Shown: piece after piece, positions 1 to 10,280 of the stretch
How positions within the stretch are numbered: the first letter of the stretch is position 1
Layout: each line of letters opens with the position of its first letter
NCBI GenBank assembly: GCA_045046875.1
Contig: JASFYY010000095.1
Location: forward strand, 11,511-75,510
DNA length: 64,000 bases
DNA from: Verrucomicrobiota bacterium
GTDB lineage: Bacteria > Verrucomicrobiota > Verrucomicrobiia > Verrucomicrobiales > DEV007
Reading direction: 5' to 3'
Notes under the pieces: generated by a model
What the model was told of the DNA's origin: nothing
Seen by the model: the letters and a program-made list of their open reading frames with translations, nothing else
Databases searched by the model: none
Made by a program: the position numbers and the translations under genes

Positions 1-11
1 AGGGAGGAACG

Positions 12-1946
12 GTGGCGTATGCTACCGCGGTCAAGAGCGTGCCCGTGGTCCTTTCCTCGGCTCGCAAACACGGTTTTGAAAATTACCCTGATTTTTACAG
101 CGTCAATAGCTCCGAGGCGACACAGATTATGGGTATGGCGGAGGACATCCTTGAATACATGGCCTACGGCCCGCTCAGCCTCGTCGGCTTTCCGGAACAG
201 ATCACCGACGACCCGAAAACCTACGACAGAATCAAGCCAAAAGGAGATCTTCGCGGAACGCCCATCGCCATCGTCTACAACACAAAAGTCGTTCGCCCGC
301 TGACCCCGCTCCACGATCTGATGAAGGATCCCGGCGTCTCGGATGAACGCCTGCTTGCCGCCGTGGACTACCTCTTTGAAGCCCTGACCTTCCGCCCTCC
401 GTCCAAGGAGGAATCCGACGATTACCTGCAGATCGTCAAGAACTCGATCGAGAAGGTCGGCAAAAAAGACGGCGTCTTCATGGGCCTCTCGGCGATTTTC
501 CTGGATCGCGATGCTCTCTTCCGAACGGAACTGACCACAGGTTCCAAAGCCGACCAACACGGTCGAGTCATGCTCCAGGACTGGGAGCTGGGTCTAGCGG
601 TGAATCACGCGCTGCGCTATATCAAACCCGACCAGCAACTCCATCAGGCGATCACCGAAGGCCGCATGCGCACCCGTGAGGACGTGGAACGCGAGGTCAC
701 CCGCATGCTTGAAGACGACAGCATCCGCAAGCCACGCATCCTACGCTTCTTCCGCGATTTCTTTGATCACGATCTTGGCGGCTACATCTGCAAGGACAGT
801 AAGGCACTCGGCGAATCCGGCGCCAATACCAGAGGCACTTCCCATTACCGGGCGATGTTCGATGCAACCGCGAGCACGGACCGCCTCATCGAGCTGATCC
901 TCGAGCAAGACAAGGACGTGTTCAAGCAGCTGCTGACCACCCGGCAGGTCGTGGCTACCAAAAACGACAATATCTATTTCGGCAGAAAACACCTCAAGGA
1001 GGAAAAAATCGCTGCGCTGGCCGCCAGAAAAGTGGCCGAGAAAGAGGCCGCCAAGAAGGGGGCCGCTAAACTCGAAGCCCTGGAGGCTAAGATAGTCGAC
1101 CTTGAGACCAAGCTGAAAAATCAACCCGGGGACAAGGCGATCAAAAAATCACGGGATCGACAGAAAAAGGCACTGACCGCAGCAAAAAAACAAATCGGAA
1201 TCAAGAAGAAGGAGATACAAAGCCGCAACGTACTGGTCGCCCCAGCCAACCTGACAGGCGAGAATATCTACGCCCGAGTCAGCCGCCGGTCCTTCGGTAG
1301 AGGCTCCATGAAACCCGACCGCATCCTCGCCACGGCCCCCGAGAATCAGCGCCTCGGCATCTTGACGCACCCCAGCTGGTTGGTCTCCCACTCCGATGCC
1401 ATGGACAACCACGCCATCCGGCGCGGTCGCTGGATCCGCGAACGTCTCCTTGGCGGCGGCATCCCCGATGTGCCTATCACCGTGGACGCCATGCTTCCCG
1501 ATGAACCAACTAACACCCTACGTAAGCGGATGCGGGTCACCAGGGAAAAATACTGCTGGACCTGTCATGAGAAAATGGATCCGCTAGGCCTGCCCTTCGA
1601 GATGTTCAACCACGCCGGTATCTTTCGAACCACCGAACTCAACCAAGCCGTGGACACCTCGGGTGAAATCATTGATTCCGGCGACCCTGCTCTGGACGGT
1701 CCGGTGGACAACGCTTTGGATTTGATCCGCAAACTTTCCGAGAGCAATCGTGTCGAGCAGGTTTTCGTCCGCCACGCCTTCCGCTTCTGGATGGGCCGCA
1801 ACGAAACGCTCAACGACGCCCCCGTCCTCCAAGCCGCCCACAAGGCCTATCGTGACAATGGCGGCAGCATGAAAGCCTTGATCACTTCACTGATGACTTC
1901 CGATGCTTTTCTCTATCGCAAGGTTGAACCGCAAGCAGTAAAGTGA
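12..1946 (+). CDS. DUF1588/DUF1592/DUF1585-type PVC cytochrome-c-like protein (5' end probably outside window)
   Basis: GILTHPSWL...[15 protein letters not shown], heme motif CWTCH followed by [10 protein letters not shown]-terminal [12 protein letters not shown]...[11 protein letters not shown]. Confidence 0.8.
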   Translation: MAYATAVKSVPVVLSSARKHGFENYPDFYSVNSSEATQIMGMAEDILEYMAYGPLSLVGFPEQITDDPKTYDRIKPKGDLRGTPIAIVYNTKVVRPLTPLHDLMKDPGVSDERLLAAVDYLFEALTFRPPSKEESDDYLQIVKNSIEKVGKKDGVFMGLSAIFLDRDALFRTELTTGSKADQHGRVMLQDWELGLAVNHALRYIKPDQQLHQAITEGRMRTREDVEREVTRMLEDDSIRKPRILRFFRDFFDHDLGGYICKDSKALGESGANTRGTSHYRAMFDATASTDRLIELILEQDKDVFKQLLTTRQVVATKNDNIYFGRKHLKEEKIAALAARKVAEKEAAKKGAAKLEALEAKIVDLETKLKNQPGDKAIKKSRDRQKKALTAAKKQIGIKKKEIQSRNVLVAPANLTGENIYARVSRRSFGRGSMKPDRILATAPENQRLGILTHPSWLVSHSDAMDNHAIRRGRWIRERLLGGGIPDVPITVDAMLPDEPTNTLRKRMRVTREKYCWTCHEKMDPLGLPFEMFNHAGIFRTTELNQAVDTSGEIIDSGDPALDGPVDNALDLIRKLSESNRVEQVFVRHAFRFWMGRNETLNDAPVLQAAHKAYRDNGGSMKALITSLMTSDAFLYRKVEPQAVK

Positions 1947-2052
1947 TTTGAGATCTACTCGCCGGTTAAGCTCAAAAACTCTTTCGCAAATCTCCGCCCC
2001 ATCTCCGCTTGAGCGGCGGCATCAGAATGCACCTGGTCACATTTGCCAGCGC

Positions 2053-4008
2053 CTATTTTACAAACTTCCACTGGCGGATCGATTTGTCGGAACCTTTCGG
2101 CGTGTACAGGATGGATTGAATTTCGACGGACGATTCGATGGCGGGTAGATAGAGACGAATGAGTTGAGAGGAACCTTTGATAGGGAGATCGACGGTGATA
2201 TCGTTCCACTGCTTGCCCGGAGGAAGGTTAAAGGGCTTGCTCTGGCTTCCATCGGAGGGGAAATTTTTCTGGGCGGCGGTCTTCCAGCTCACTTTTCCGG
2301 AGCCGCCTTTTGCTGAACGGGCTCGAAGGGTGAGAGTGAGAGGGCCTTTGTGTTTGATCTGGGCAGTGCCAAGGAAGGGATTCTTACCATCCTCATTGAC
2401 ACGCAGCGCGCCGCCGATGAGCTCGGTCTTGCACCCCTTTGGCACAAGACCCGCGTCAAGGGCTCGGGCTGCTGCCGCCGCCTGCGGTGTATAAGCGGGA
2501 TTGGGAATGGGTGCGAGGGCGCCGGTATCGATAATGAATTGATCGATAAGAGCGTCAAGATCGGCAACTTTGTCGGGCATTTTTCCGGCAAGGTTATTGG
2601 TCTCGCCGATGTCTTTCTTCAGGTTGTAAAGTTCGCGGACTTCAGGGTAGTTGGGATGGGGTTCGAAACGGCGGATGAGTTTCCAATCGCCGGAACGCAC
2701 CGAGACAGCGGGGATAATGTGAGGGAACCAAGTAAATAGTGCTTCGCGTTCAAAGGTGCCGCTTTGTTTAAGGACAGGGAGGAAGGAGAGGCCGTCGATG
2801 ATATGCTCACTTGGCGATTCAATCTCGAGGGCGTCGAGAACCGTTGGGTAAATATCAATAGGGCCGACAATGGCGTCGGTGACGGAACCTGCTTCAATTT
2901 TCTTTGGCCAGCGGATGATGAGAGGAACTCGCTGACCGCCTTCGTAGATACGGGCCTTGCCTTCGCGAAGCGGGGCATTGTTGGTAGGACCCTGAGGACC
3001 GGCCCATCTGCGCCATTCTTTCAAGGCTTTGTATTTCGGGTGACCGGGCTTGATCTTTGCGATCTTGTGATCGTCGATAGCATTGCTGTGGACATTGCCT
3101 CCATTGTCGGAGTAAAAGATGAAAAGAGTGTCGTCAGTGAGATCGAGATCATCAAGAGTATCGAGAACGCGACCAAGACTCTCGTCAACACTTTTGAGCA
3201 TCGAGGCCATGATGGGATTGCGTTGTTTGCCACGTGGATCCGTCTTTTTCGCAAATTCTTTGGTGTATTCTTCTTTGTGCCCCCAGGGCCCATGGACGCC
3301 ATACTGCCAGAGATTGAGATAGAAAGGTTCGTCTTTATGCGATTTGATAAACTTGATGGCCTCGTCGGTGAGACGGTCGGTGATGTATTCGCCGGGAGGG
3401 CCGTCGGTAATGTTGCCGACTTTGTTCTTGCCGGTGGGACGGCCTTCGGTGACGACACCGTAAGGAGAGAAATAACTTGGGGGACCGGGATCGGGAGCGC
3501 AATGCCAGGTAGTTTCGAAACCCTGCTTATCAGGGCGGTGGGGAGCAGTGAGACCAAGGTGCCATTTGCCAAAATGGCCAGTCCGGTATCCGGCGTCGCG
3601 GAGGACCTCGGCGAGGTTAATAATCCCAGGGTCGAGGTAGGTCTTGGAATTGGCGTAGATGAGCGGTCTGTTGGGTGCCGCTTTCTCGGGATAGGGAGAG
3701 GCATTCTCTTCAGCGGGCGCCTTGTGTCCCGTAGCACTCGTGACACCATGACGAGAGGTGTATTGGCCGGAGAGAATGGAAGCTCGTGCTGGTGAACAGA
3801 GCGGGACGGCGTAGGCGTCAGTGAATAACATGGACTGGGTCGCGAGGCGCTCCATGTTAGGGGTCTCGTAGTATTGGCTGCCGTATGCGGAACTGTCCAT
3901 CCACCCCATGTCGTCGACGAGAAAAAGGATGATGTTGGGTTGGTTTTTCGCCCAGCCGAGGTCGAGGGTTACGACCATCAATAACAAAATGACGACAAAT
4001 TTTTTCAT
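2053..4008 (-). CDS. secreted formylglycine-dependent sulfatase with C-terminal extension
   Basis: Signal peptide, PNIILFLVDDMG, CSPARASILSG (CxPxR), GKWHLG, SDNGG, ELYNLKKDIGETNNLA. Confidence 0.93.
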   Translation of the reverse strand: MKKFVVILLLMVVTLDLGWAKNQPNIILFLVDDMGWMDSSAYGSQYYETPNMERLATQSMLFTDAYAVPLCSPARASILSGQYTSRHGVTSATGHKAPAEENASPYPEKAAPNRPLIYANSKTYLDPGIINLAEVLRDAGYRTGHFGKWHLGLTAPHRPDKQGFETTWHCAPDPGPPSYFSPYGVVTEGRPTGKNKVGNITDGPPGEYITDRLTDEAIKFIKSHKDEPFYLNLWQYGVHGPWGHKEEYTKEFAKKTDPRGKQRNPIMASMLKSVDESLGRVLDTLDDLDLTDDTLFIFYSDNGGNVHSNAIDDHKIAKIKPGHPKYKALKEWRRWAGPQGPTNNAPLREGKARIYEGGQRVPLIIRWPKKIEAGSVTDAIVGPIDIYPTVLDALEIESPSEHIIDGLSFLPVLKQSGTFEREALFTWFPHIIPAVSVRSGDWKLIRRFEPHPNYPEVRELYNLKKDIGETNNLAGKMPDKVADLDALIDQFIIDTGALAPIPNPAYTPQAAAAARALDAGLVPKGCKTELIGGALRVNEDGKNPFLGTAQIKHKGPLTLTLRARSAKGGSGKVSWKTAAQKNFPSDGSQSKPFNLPPGKQWNDITVDLPIKGSSQLIRLYLPAIESSVEIQSILYTPKGSDKSIRQWKFVK

Positions 4009-4103
4009 CAATTATATTAAGTAATGGATGAGGCCACACAAATACGGATATGCGTGAGGCAATTGTTTATCTAACAGTCCGCAAACGGCGCACTACACCT
4101 ATC

Positions 4104-4811
4104 CTACCTTCGCCAGATCCTGACCTCGTCCACGTCGACTTTGGCAGGCACCAGCAAGCGGATGAGAGTTTTGCTTTCATGAGCAAATCCAGGTGAGGCA
4201 AACGAAGCGATCAGCTGACCGTTAATCCGGCAACTGACTTTATCTCCTTCGACAGTGGCGTGAACTTGATACCATTTTCCCAACTCCAATTTGTGTGTGA
4301 AGGTTTTATTCTTCTTAGCCAACTCTACTTTCTGTTCATCCGAGAGTGATTGATTGCTTCTGGCTGCCCGCAATTCATTATTCATCACGCCCGTCTTCAG
4401 ATCGCTCAAGCTAACGGCGGAAGGGCTAATCGTGACATTAAACAGATGCCCGGCATGCACGCTCTTTTCTCCCAGGTCCGTAAAATTCAACTTGATCGAA
4501 TCCTTCTCATTCTCAAAACGAAGCTTCAATCCGATAGTGCCGTCTTTGAATGCAAAAGCATGCCTGACGGAGGTGGCATGATTCGCCTCTGCGTGAGTAT
4601 AGATATGCATATAACCATCGCGCAGATCGACCTCCTTATGACCCTTTGCCGTTCTTTCACTGCTCGTGGTCCATTCATTGCCAGGTTCATCCTTGAGTTC
4701 TTGAGATTCCGACCGATCAAAATCGTCGTGGAAAATCAAGGTGCCTAAGTCTTCCTGCGCCAGGACATGAGGTGTCACCATCATCAATGCAATGATCGCC
4801 AGTTTTTTCAT
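4104..4811 (-). CDS. secreted hypothetical protein, DUF1080/LamG-like beta-sandwich
   Basis: ATG at 4811 gives signal peptide MKKLAIIALMM; LIFHDDF, KWYQVHATVEGDKVSCRING, DVDEVRIW pattern. Confidence 0.65.
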   Translation of the reverse strand: MKKLAIIALMMVTPHVLAQEDLGTLIFHDDFDRSESQELKDEPGNEWTTSSERTAKGHKEVDLRDGYMHIYTHAEANHATSVRHAFAFKDGTIGLKLRFENEKDSIKLNFTDLGEKSVHAGHLFNVTISPSAVSLSDLKTGVMNNELRAARSNQSLSDEQKVELAKKNKTFTHKLELGKWYQVHATVEGDKVSCRINGQLIASFASPGFAHESKTLIRLLVPAKVDVDEVRIWRR

Positions 4812-4821
4812 ATCTGATGAA

Positions 4822-5415
4822 TTATTTATTACTCTTCGCTTTCTTAAGTCCCGGCACCTTGGTGGCATCATAAGTGGAACCTTTGGCGACTTGAACAATA
4901 GTGACGCGGATCTTGGTAGGGAAAAACTTTGTCAGATCAGGTTGTAAATGAGCATGGGCTTTGCCACCTGCTTTGGCCCGCTTGATGACCAGCGACATCT
5001 GCTTGATTCCCTGCGTCCAGATGATCGAATCATTCTCCCAGAATTCGGTCATCTTCTGATCTTTTTCAAAGATGCCCGTCTTGTTATAATTCGGTGAACT
5101 CAAACAGCCATAATTGTTATTCTGCCCCTTGTTTGGAATGTAACAAAGGCTCCACATGGTAGGCACATCACCCGCAGGTTTTTCGAGCACTTCGATCCGA
5201 ATATGGGCGGTGCCATTGCGGTAATCAATCGGCGAGGTCCAGTCCTTGGGTGTGTTTTTGCCAAATTGTTCTGCTTTGACGTGAAGATGCGACTTGGTCG
5301 GAACCGCGTCTTTTTCTTCGAAGGTGAACACTTCATCAAACAGCACAAACTGCTCTGCACGAACTGAACCGAGTAGCGAGGAAACAAAAAACAAAGCAAC
5401 GATCAATAACTTCAT
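4822..5415 (-). CDS. secreted hypothetical protein (intact paralog of 7206-7784)
   Basis: 197 aa ORF with signal peptide; a closely similar second copy lies about 2.4 kb away. Confidence 0.8.
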   Translation of the reverse strand: MKLLIVALFFVSSLLGSVRAEQFVLFDEVFTFEEKDAVPTKSHLHVKAEQFGKNTPKDWTSPIDYRNGTAHIRIEVLEKPAGDVPTMWSLCYIPNKGQNNNYGCLSSPNYNKTGIFEKDQKMTEFWENDSIIWTQGIKQMSLVIKRAKAGGKAHAHLQPDLTKFFPTKIRVTIVQVAKGSTYDATKVPGLKKAKSNK

Positions 5416-5518
5416 AACGAAGATAATACTATGGCATCAATTGAAAATATTGCCATACCCTAGATCTAGCCGAGCGCCTTTCTCCTCAACCCTTCAACTG
5501 TTCAGCTCTTAAATTCAT

Positions 5519-5676
5519 AACCACTGATTTCACCGATAAACACTGATACGGAAGAAAAAAATAAGCCCAGAACAACCATACAAACTAGCGCCGTGTTATT
5601 GTGCTTCTCAATTAAAAAGCGTCGTATAATGCGACTCAACTCTTAAATCAGTGTTCATCAGTGCCTATCAGTGGTT
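5519..5676. repeat. inverted pair of periodic ATCAGTG-type repeats
   Basis: AACCACTGATTTCACCGATAAACACTGAT (5519-5547) is an imperfect reverse complement of ATCAGTGTTCATCAGTGCCTATCAGTGGTT (5647-5676). Confidence 0.75.
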
Positions 5677-5721
5677 CAAACTTTCTTCCCCCTGAACCCC
5701 GCCGCCAGAAAGAGATTTAAA

Positions 5722-5765
5722 TAGAGCCTGTCCCACTGGGGCGGAGCCCCGTGGGACAGGCTCTA
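5722..5765. repeat. 44-bp palindromic REP/MITE-like element
   Basis: Perfect 15-bp arms TAGAGCCTGTCCCAC / GTGGGACAGGCTCTA enclosing an inner GGGGC-GGA-GCCCC stem. Confidence 0.8.
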
Positions 5766-5798
5766 GCTACCCGCAGGGGCTGATGGTCGAGTGAAAGC

Positions 5799-6000
5799 GG
5801 CTGCCGTCATCATGTGGCGGAGATCACGATGCTAGGAGCAGGTAAGTGGCAAACCGTAACCCTCCGAAGCTGCAGATTTCAAAGATGCCGCAGACGCACT
5901 CCTTGCTGACTGGAACCTTTTGAAGGAATTACGTCTTTTGCCGACGGAGCATCTCAAATCAGATGGACGTAAAAACTCAACTAGACGTCTAAACGGCCCG
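5799..6000 (+). pseudogene. possible 3' remnant of a PVC hydrolase-like gene
   Basis: Reads HVAEITMLGAGKWQTVTL (+1 shift) EAADFKDAADALLADWNLLKELRL; protein-like, no start codon context; family assignment from memory only. Confidence 0.4.
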
Positions 6001-6092
6001 ATTACTTTCCCCCCTCCCTGCCCTCTTGCCCGTCATAAGCTTGGAGAAGGATATTTGAAAAGTAACAGCCCTGGACTTGCCTCGATCACCAG

Positions 6093-7019
6093 CTAGAATT
6101 GCCACGCAAGAAGCCGGCTTATCTTTTTCCCTTGGCTCATCGGAATCTCGCGCATCTGAGTAACACCGCACTGAGTCATCACATTTTTCAAGACCCTCAG
6201 ATTCTCTCCCTTCGAGACCAAACTAGTGAACCACTCTACTTGCGTGGCAAATTTCACACTCTCTCGTATCATCTTTGTGATAAACGCGACTTCGCCACCG
6301 GGGCACCAGAGTTCCGCCTTCTGTCCACCGAAGTTTAGTGGAGCGGTCCCTTTTGCGACCTTCCCTTTATTTAAGTTTCGGATTTTACGCTGACTGCCTG
6401 CCTGCGCCGCCTCAGGTGAAGTGTGGAACGGCGGATTACACAACGTCAGGTCAAAATGATCGCCCTTATGGATGATGTTTTCGAATATTGATCCTGGCTT
6501 CTTCTGTTCCACGACTTTCACCAAATTATTCAAACACGGGTTTGATTCGACGATCAAACGAGCCGCCTTCACCGAGACAGGATCGATATCCGTTGCATCA
6601 AACTTCCAGCCATAGCTCTGACTCCCAATAATGGGATAAATACAATTCGCACCCGTGCCAATATCGAGCACTCGAACACCCCTCCCTTTTGGCACTTCCC
6701 CTGAGTTTGATTCAGCCAAAAGGTCTGCAGCATAGTGAATGGTGTCCGCCCGCCCGGGAATCGGCGGGCATAAGTAACCGGCCGGAATCACCCAATGTTT
6801 CACCTTATAAGTATGAGCCAATATTGCTTGATTCAAGCACAACACTGCTGCCGGATTGCTAAAGTCGATGGTTGGATCACCCGATGGATTGAGCCTCACA
6901 TAAGCGCTCAATTCAGGAACGACTTCAACCAGTGCAGGCAAATCATAGCGGCCTTGATGTGGGTTGCGCGGGTGCAACAAGCCGGTCGGCCGTGTATTTT
7001 GTTTAGAGCGAGGCATCAT
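6093..7019 (-). CDS. rlmF: 23S rRNA (adenine1618-N6)-methyltransferase
   Basis: LHPRNPH, LCPPIPGRAD, LDIGTGANCIYP, CNPPFH, LNFGGQKAELWCPGGE, MSQGKKISR. Confidence 0.95.
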   Translation of the reverse strand: MMPRSKQNTRPTGLLHPRNPHQGRYDLPALVEVVPELSAYVRLNPSGDPTIDFSNPAAVLCLNQAILAHTYKVKHWVIPAGYLCPPIPGRADTIHYAADLLAESNSGEVPKGRGVRVLDIGTGANCIYPIIGSQSYGWKFDATDIDPVSVKAARLIVESNPCLNNLVKVVEQKKPGSIFENIIHKGDHFDLTLCNPPFHTSPEAAQAGSQRKIRNLNKGKVAKGTAPLNFGGQKAELWCPGGEVAFITKMIRESVKFATQVEWFTSLVSKGENLRVLKNVMTQCGVTQMREIPMSQGKKISRLLAWQF

Positions 7020-7205
7020 CTGTAGGTTTTAAATTCAAACAAACAACACATCGATCACTGTGCGTATATCCTACGCTAAAAACCGCTAGAAATTTGCTTC
7101 CCCTCCTCCTTACCCTCTTACCCACCATCATTATAGCGATACCTTACCCTGAGATATCAATGCGCCATTCATAGATGTCTAGATAGCCGAATAACTATTT
7201 ACTTC

Positions 7206-7784
7206 TCACTTTTTTAGTTCCGTCACCTTGGAAGCATCATAGGTCGAGCCTTTAGAGACTTGCACCAGAGTGAAACGAATTTTTGTAGGGAAAAACTTCT
7301 TCAGATCTGGCTGACGATGTGCGTGCGCCTTGCCTCCCGCATTTGCCAACTTGATCACCAACGCCATCTGCTTGATTCCCTCAGTCCATACAATCGAATC
7401 ATTTTCCCAGAACTCAGTCATCTTCTCATCCTTCTAAAAAATCCCCGCCTTGTTATAGGTCGGAGAACTTAGGCATCCATAGTTATTTTTTATTCCTTTG
7501 TTCGGAAGGTAACAAATGCTCCACATAGTCGGCAGATCACCCGCGGGTTTTTTTAATACTTCGATGCGAATATGAACCGTGCCATTGCGGTAGTCGATCG
7601 GCGAGGTCCAGTCTTTGGGTGTGCTTTTGCCAAAATTCTCCGCTTTGACAAAAAGATGAGACTTGGTCGGGATCGCATCTTTTTCTTCGAAGGTGAACTC
7701 CTCATCAAACAGCACAAACTGCTCCGCATGAACTGGAGCGTGCAAACTCAAAGATAAAAGCAGGGCGACTAGGTAGATTTTCAT
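7206..7784 (-). pseudogene. paralog of 4822-5415 interrupted by one in-frame TAG (7434-7436)
   Basis: GIF*KDEKMTEFW aligns to GIFEKDQKMTEFW of the intact copy; both halves are in the same frame. Confidence 0.85.
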
Positions 7785-7831
7785 AATTGCTTGAGATCGG
7801 ATATCCAATGCGTCAGAATTTCGGCTGATAT

Positions 7832-8452
7832 TCAGGGTTGGGTTTTGATTCCGCTGATTTTAAGATTGCGAATCTTGACGGACTTGCCGGCAGCAATCCA
7901 GCTACGTGATTTGGGCGTGGCGAGATAGGCGTGTTGAGCGTTCAGTTTATGGCCATCAAGATTGACCGCCATCTGCCCACCCTTCCACTCAACCCGTAAG
8001 TGATGCCATACCCTCGTTTTGGTCGTGACGGCAAGATGCGCTATGCTGTGCGACGGTTTCACTGAATCTTCGGCGATACTCAACCTCTTGGCGCTGATGA
8101 TCACTCGTCCGACATGTTTGTTGGAATCACAACCAACGATGAATATGCCCGGACCGTCGAGCAAGAACTCGACTTCGATGACCGCATCCGAGAGGCCGAC
8201 CAGATGATGCAGAACGGGGATGTGTTTTTCTGCGGGCAGATCAAGCACTTTGAGGACGCCGTCCTCCACAGTCCATTGCCCCTTGGCTACACGGAAACTT
8301 TTATCCAGGGGGGCCTTAAGGTCCGGTGAGGCGAGAAGCGGTAGCTCTTGATCATGCAGCAGAGATTTGGCCGGTCGGCCCAGAGAATCTGAAGCAAGAC
8401 CCAGGGGCATCAAAAAAGAGAGCAAAATACAAGTCCGGATCAATGATTTCAT
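7832..8452 (-). CDS. secreted hypothetical protein, DUF1080/LamG-like
   Basis: ATG 8452 gives signal peptide; KGQWTVEDGVL, WHHLRVEWKGGQMAVNLDG, VKIRNLKI. Confidence 0.65.
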   Translation of the reverse strand: MKSLIRTCILLSFLMPLGLASDSLGRPAKSLLHDQELPLLASPDLKAPLDKSFRVAKGQWTVEDGVLKVLDLPAEKHIPVLHHLVGLSDAVIEVEFLLDGPGIFIVGCDSNKHVGRVIISAKRLSIAEDSVKPSHSIAHLAVTTKTRVWHHLRVEWKGGQMAVNLDGHKLNAQHAYLATPKSRSWIAAGKSVKIRNLKISGIKTQP

Positions 8453-8546
8453 AAAGGTGATAACAACATGCCACTGTTTAGATAGGGCGCAATCATGCGA
8501 TGCCGCCAGGTTTGACAGAGTGGAATTCACCTGAGTAATTGTCAGC

Positions 8547-10280
8547 ATGAATCTCAAAGCTTTCCTTGCCCTCTTTTTTTTCACCTCCGCTACCAGCCTG
8601 ATGGCGGACGCCGACTCCCCTGTCGTAGCGGACAGCCCGATGCAGGCTATCCCCGGCGATTTCAAACTCGCAGACGGTCCTGCCTGGGATGGTTGGTCGC
8701 TCACGGTTCCGGATCCATTCAGCGAAATAACCAAGCGCTATATCCCAAGCAAAGACCTGTGGCAGCCCCTGATGAGCGAGCGCCGTCTCAGTGGTAGCTT
8801 TTATAACCAAGGTATCACTTACTTCGTCGATAATGGTAAAGCCTCCATCCTGCGCCGCGAAAAAAACGGCAAGGTCACTGTCATCCATCAGGAAGATCTC
8901 GCCGCTGACAAAACTCGCAAACCCAACGATCTGGTAGTCGATCGCTCGGGCGGCATTTATTTCACCCTCACTCGTGCAGGAGAGATCGTCTATGTCCCAC
9001 CTGGCAAAACCGCCATCACTGTGGCCAACGATGCCAAAACCGCTAACGGACTGATCCTCAATCCTGACGAAAGCATTCTCTATGTCTCCGAAGCCAGTCT
9101 CAAACAGGTCATCGCTTATAAGGTCGGCTCCAACGGTAAACTCAGTGGGCGCCGTGTTTTTGCCAAAATGGAAGGCGGTGATCCTAAAGCAAAAGGCGGC
9201 GCTGATGGCATGAGCATCGACCGCGCGGGCAATGTTTACTGCGCCGGCCCGACCGACATTTGGATCTGGGCACCCGATGGCAAACTGCTTGATAAAATCC
9301 ATTGCCCTGACAGGCCGGTCAACTGCACCTTCGGGGGATCAGCTCTGCGCGATCTTTACATCACCGGATTCGGTGGACTCCACGTGCAGAAAATGCGCAT
9401 CTCAGGAGTGTCGGCCCAACCACCGGCATCCTGGCCTGAAAAAGAGAGCAAATCTAAACCCAGCGTCACCCTACCCAAAGGAGTCACCCCGCATTACGAT
9501 CTCACTTACGCTCAATATGACACACGTAAGATGTTAGCCGATATCTTTGTCCCATCCGGTGACGGCCCTCACCCGGCAGTAGTTATCCTGCATGGCGGCG
9601 GCTGGCACAGCGGCGACAAGATGAAATTCCGCGCCATGGGACTCGACCTGGCCCGTCGAGGATATGTCACCATGGCGATTGCCTACCGACTCAGCGGCGA
9701 AGCCAAATTCCCTGCCAACATTCAAGACTGCCACGCCGCCGTTCGTTACCTGCGCGCCCACGCCACCGATTACAAAGTCGACGCCAAACGCATCGGCGTG
9801 GTCGGCGGTTCAGCCGGAGCCCACCTCGCCGGCCTGCTCGCCACCACACCTGACGTCTCTGCCCTACAGGGAGACGGAGGCAATCCAGGAGTATCCTCCG
9901 CCGTGCAGGCTGCAGTGGTCATGTCCGGCCCGATGGAAATTGCCACTGGCAGTGTCGCCGAACGTTCGCTGATCAAAGACAACCCCAAACCCAACGCCGT
10001 GTGGCTATTTGGCGGCAGCGTCAAACAGATGCCGGAAGCCTACGCGCTGGCTGATGCTCACCAACACATTGATAAAAACACGCCGCCCATTTTGTTCCAA
10101 TATGGAGGCAAGGAAGACCCAAGCAAAATCGACCCGTCGGTTAAAAAACTCCAACAACTCAGCATACCAGCCAAAGTTCTCTCCAACTACAAAGACGGCA
10201 AACACGGCTGTTGGAACCGCCACCCCTGGTTCACCCCGATGATGGATGACATCGACGCCTGGTTTCGTGAGCACCTGTAA
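8547..10280 (+). CDS. SMP-30/gluconolactonase propeller fused to alpha/beta-hydrolase (esterase) domain
   Basis: KPNDLVVD, ANGLILNPDE, ADGMSIDRAGNVY, NCTFGG; then LHGGGW, GGSAGAHLA, catalytic His in GKHG. Confidence 0.88.
   Translation: MNLKAFLALFFFTSATSLMADADSPVVADSPMQAIPGDFKLADGPAWDGWSLTVPDPFSEITKRYIPSKDLWQPLMSERRLSGSFYNQGITYFVDNGKASILRREKNGKVTVIHQEDLAADKTRKPNDLVVDRSGGIYFTLTRAGEIVYVPPGKTAITVANDAKTANGLILNPDESILYVSEASLKQVIAYKVGSNGKLSGRRVFAKMEGGDPKAKGGADGMSIDRAGNVYCAGPTDIWIWAPDGKLLDKIHCPDRPVNCTFGGSALRDLYITGFGGLHVQKMRISGVSAQPPASWPEKESKSKPSVTLPKGVTPHYDLTYAQYDTRKMLADIFVPSGDGPHPAVVILHGGGWHSGDKMKFRAMGLDLARRGYVTMAIAYRLSGEAKFPANIQDCHAAVRYLRAHATDYKVDAKRIGVVGGSAGAHLAGLLATTPDVSALQGDGGNPGVSSAVQAAVVMSGPMEIATGSVAERSLIKDNPKPNAVWLFGGSVKQMPEAYALADAHQHIDKNTPPILFQYGGKEDPSKIDPSVKKLQQLSIPAKVLSNYKDGKHGCWNRHPWFTPMMDDIDAWFREHL

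Noticed and set aside
2764..3795. 343-aa plus-strand ORF and 242-aa alternate-frame ORF
   Set aside because: Shadow ORFs of the sulfatase; no motifs
5519..5765. Possible CRISPR array
   Set aside because: Repeats are short and inverted, without regular unique spacers; no cas genes
7434..7436. Pyrrolysine or genome-wide TAG recoding
   Set aside because: TAG ends several other genes here normally and no pyl genes are present
8493..9302. 269-aa minus-strand ORF and the 5' extension of ORF 7832-8734
   Set aside because: Antisense to the lactonase-esterase gene; better start at 8452
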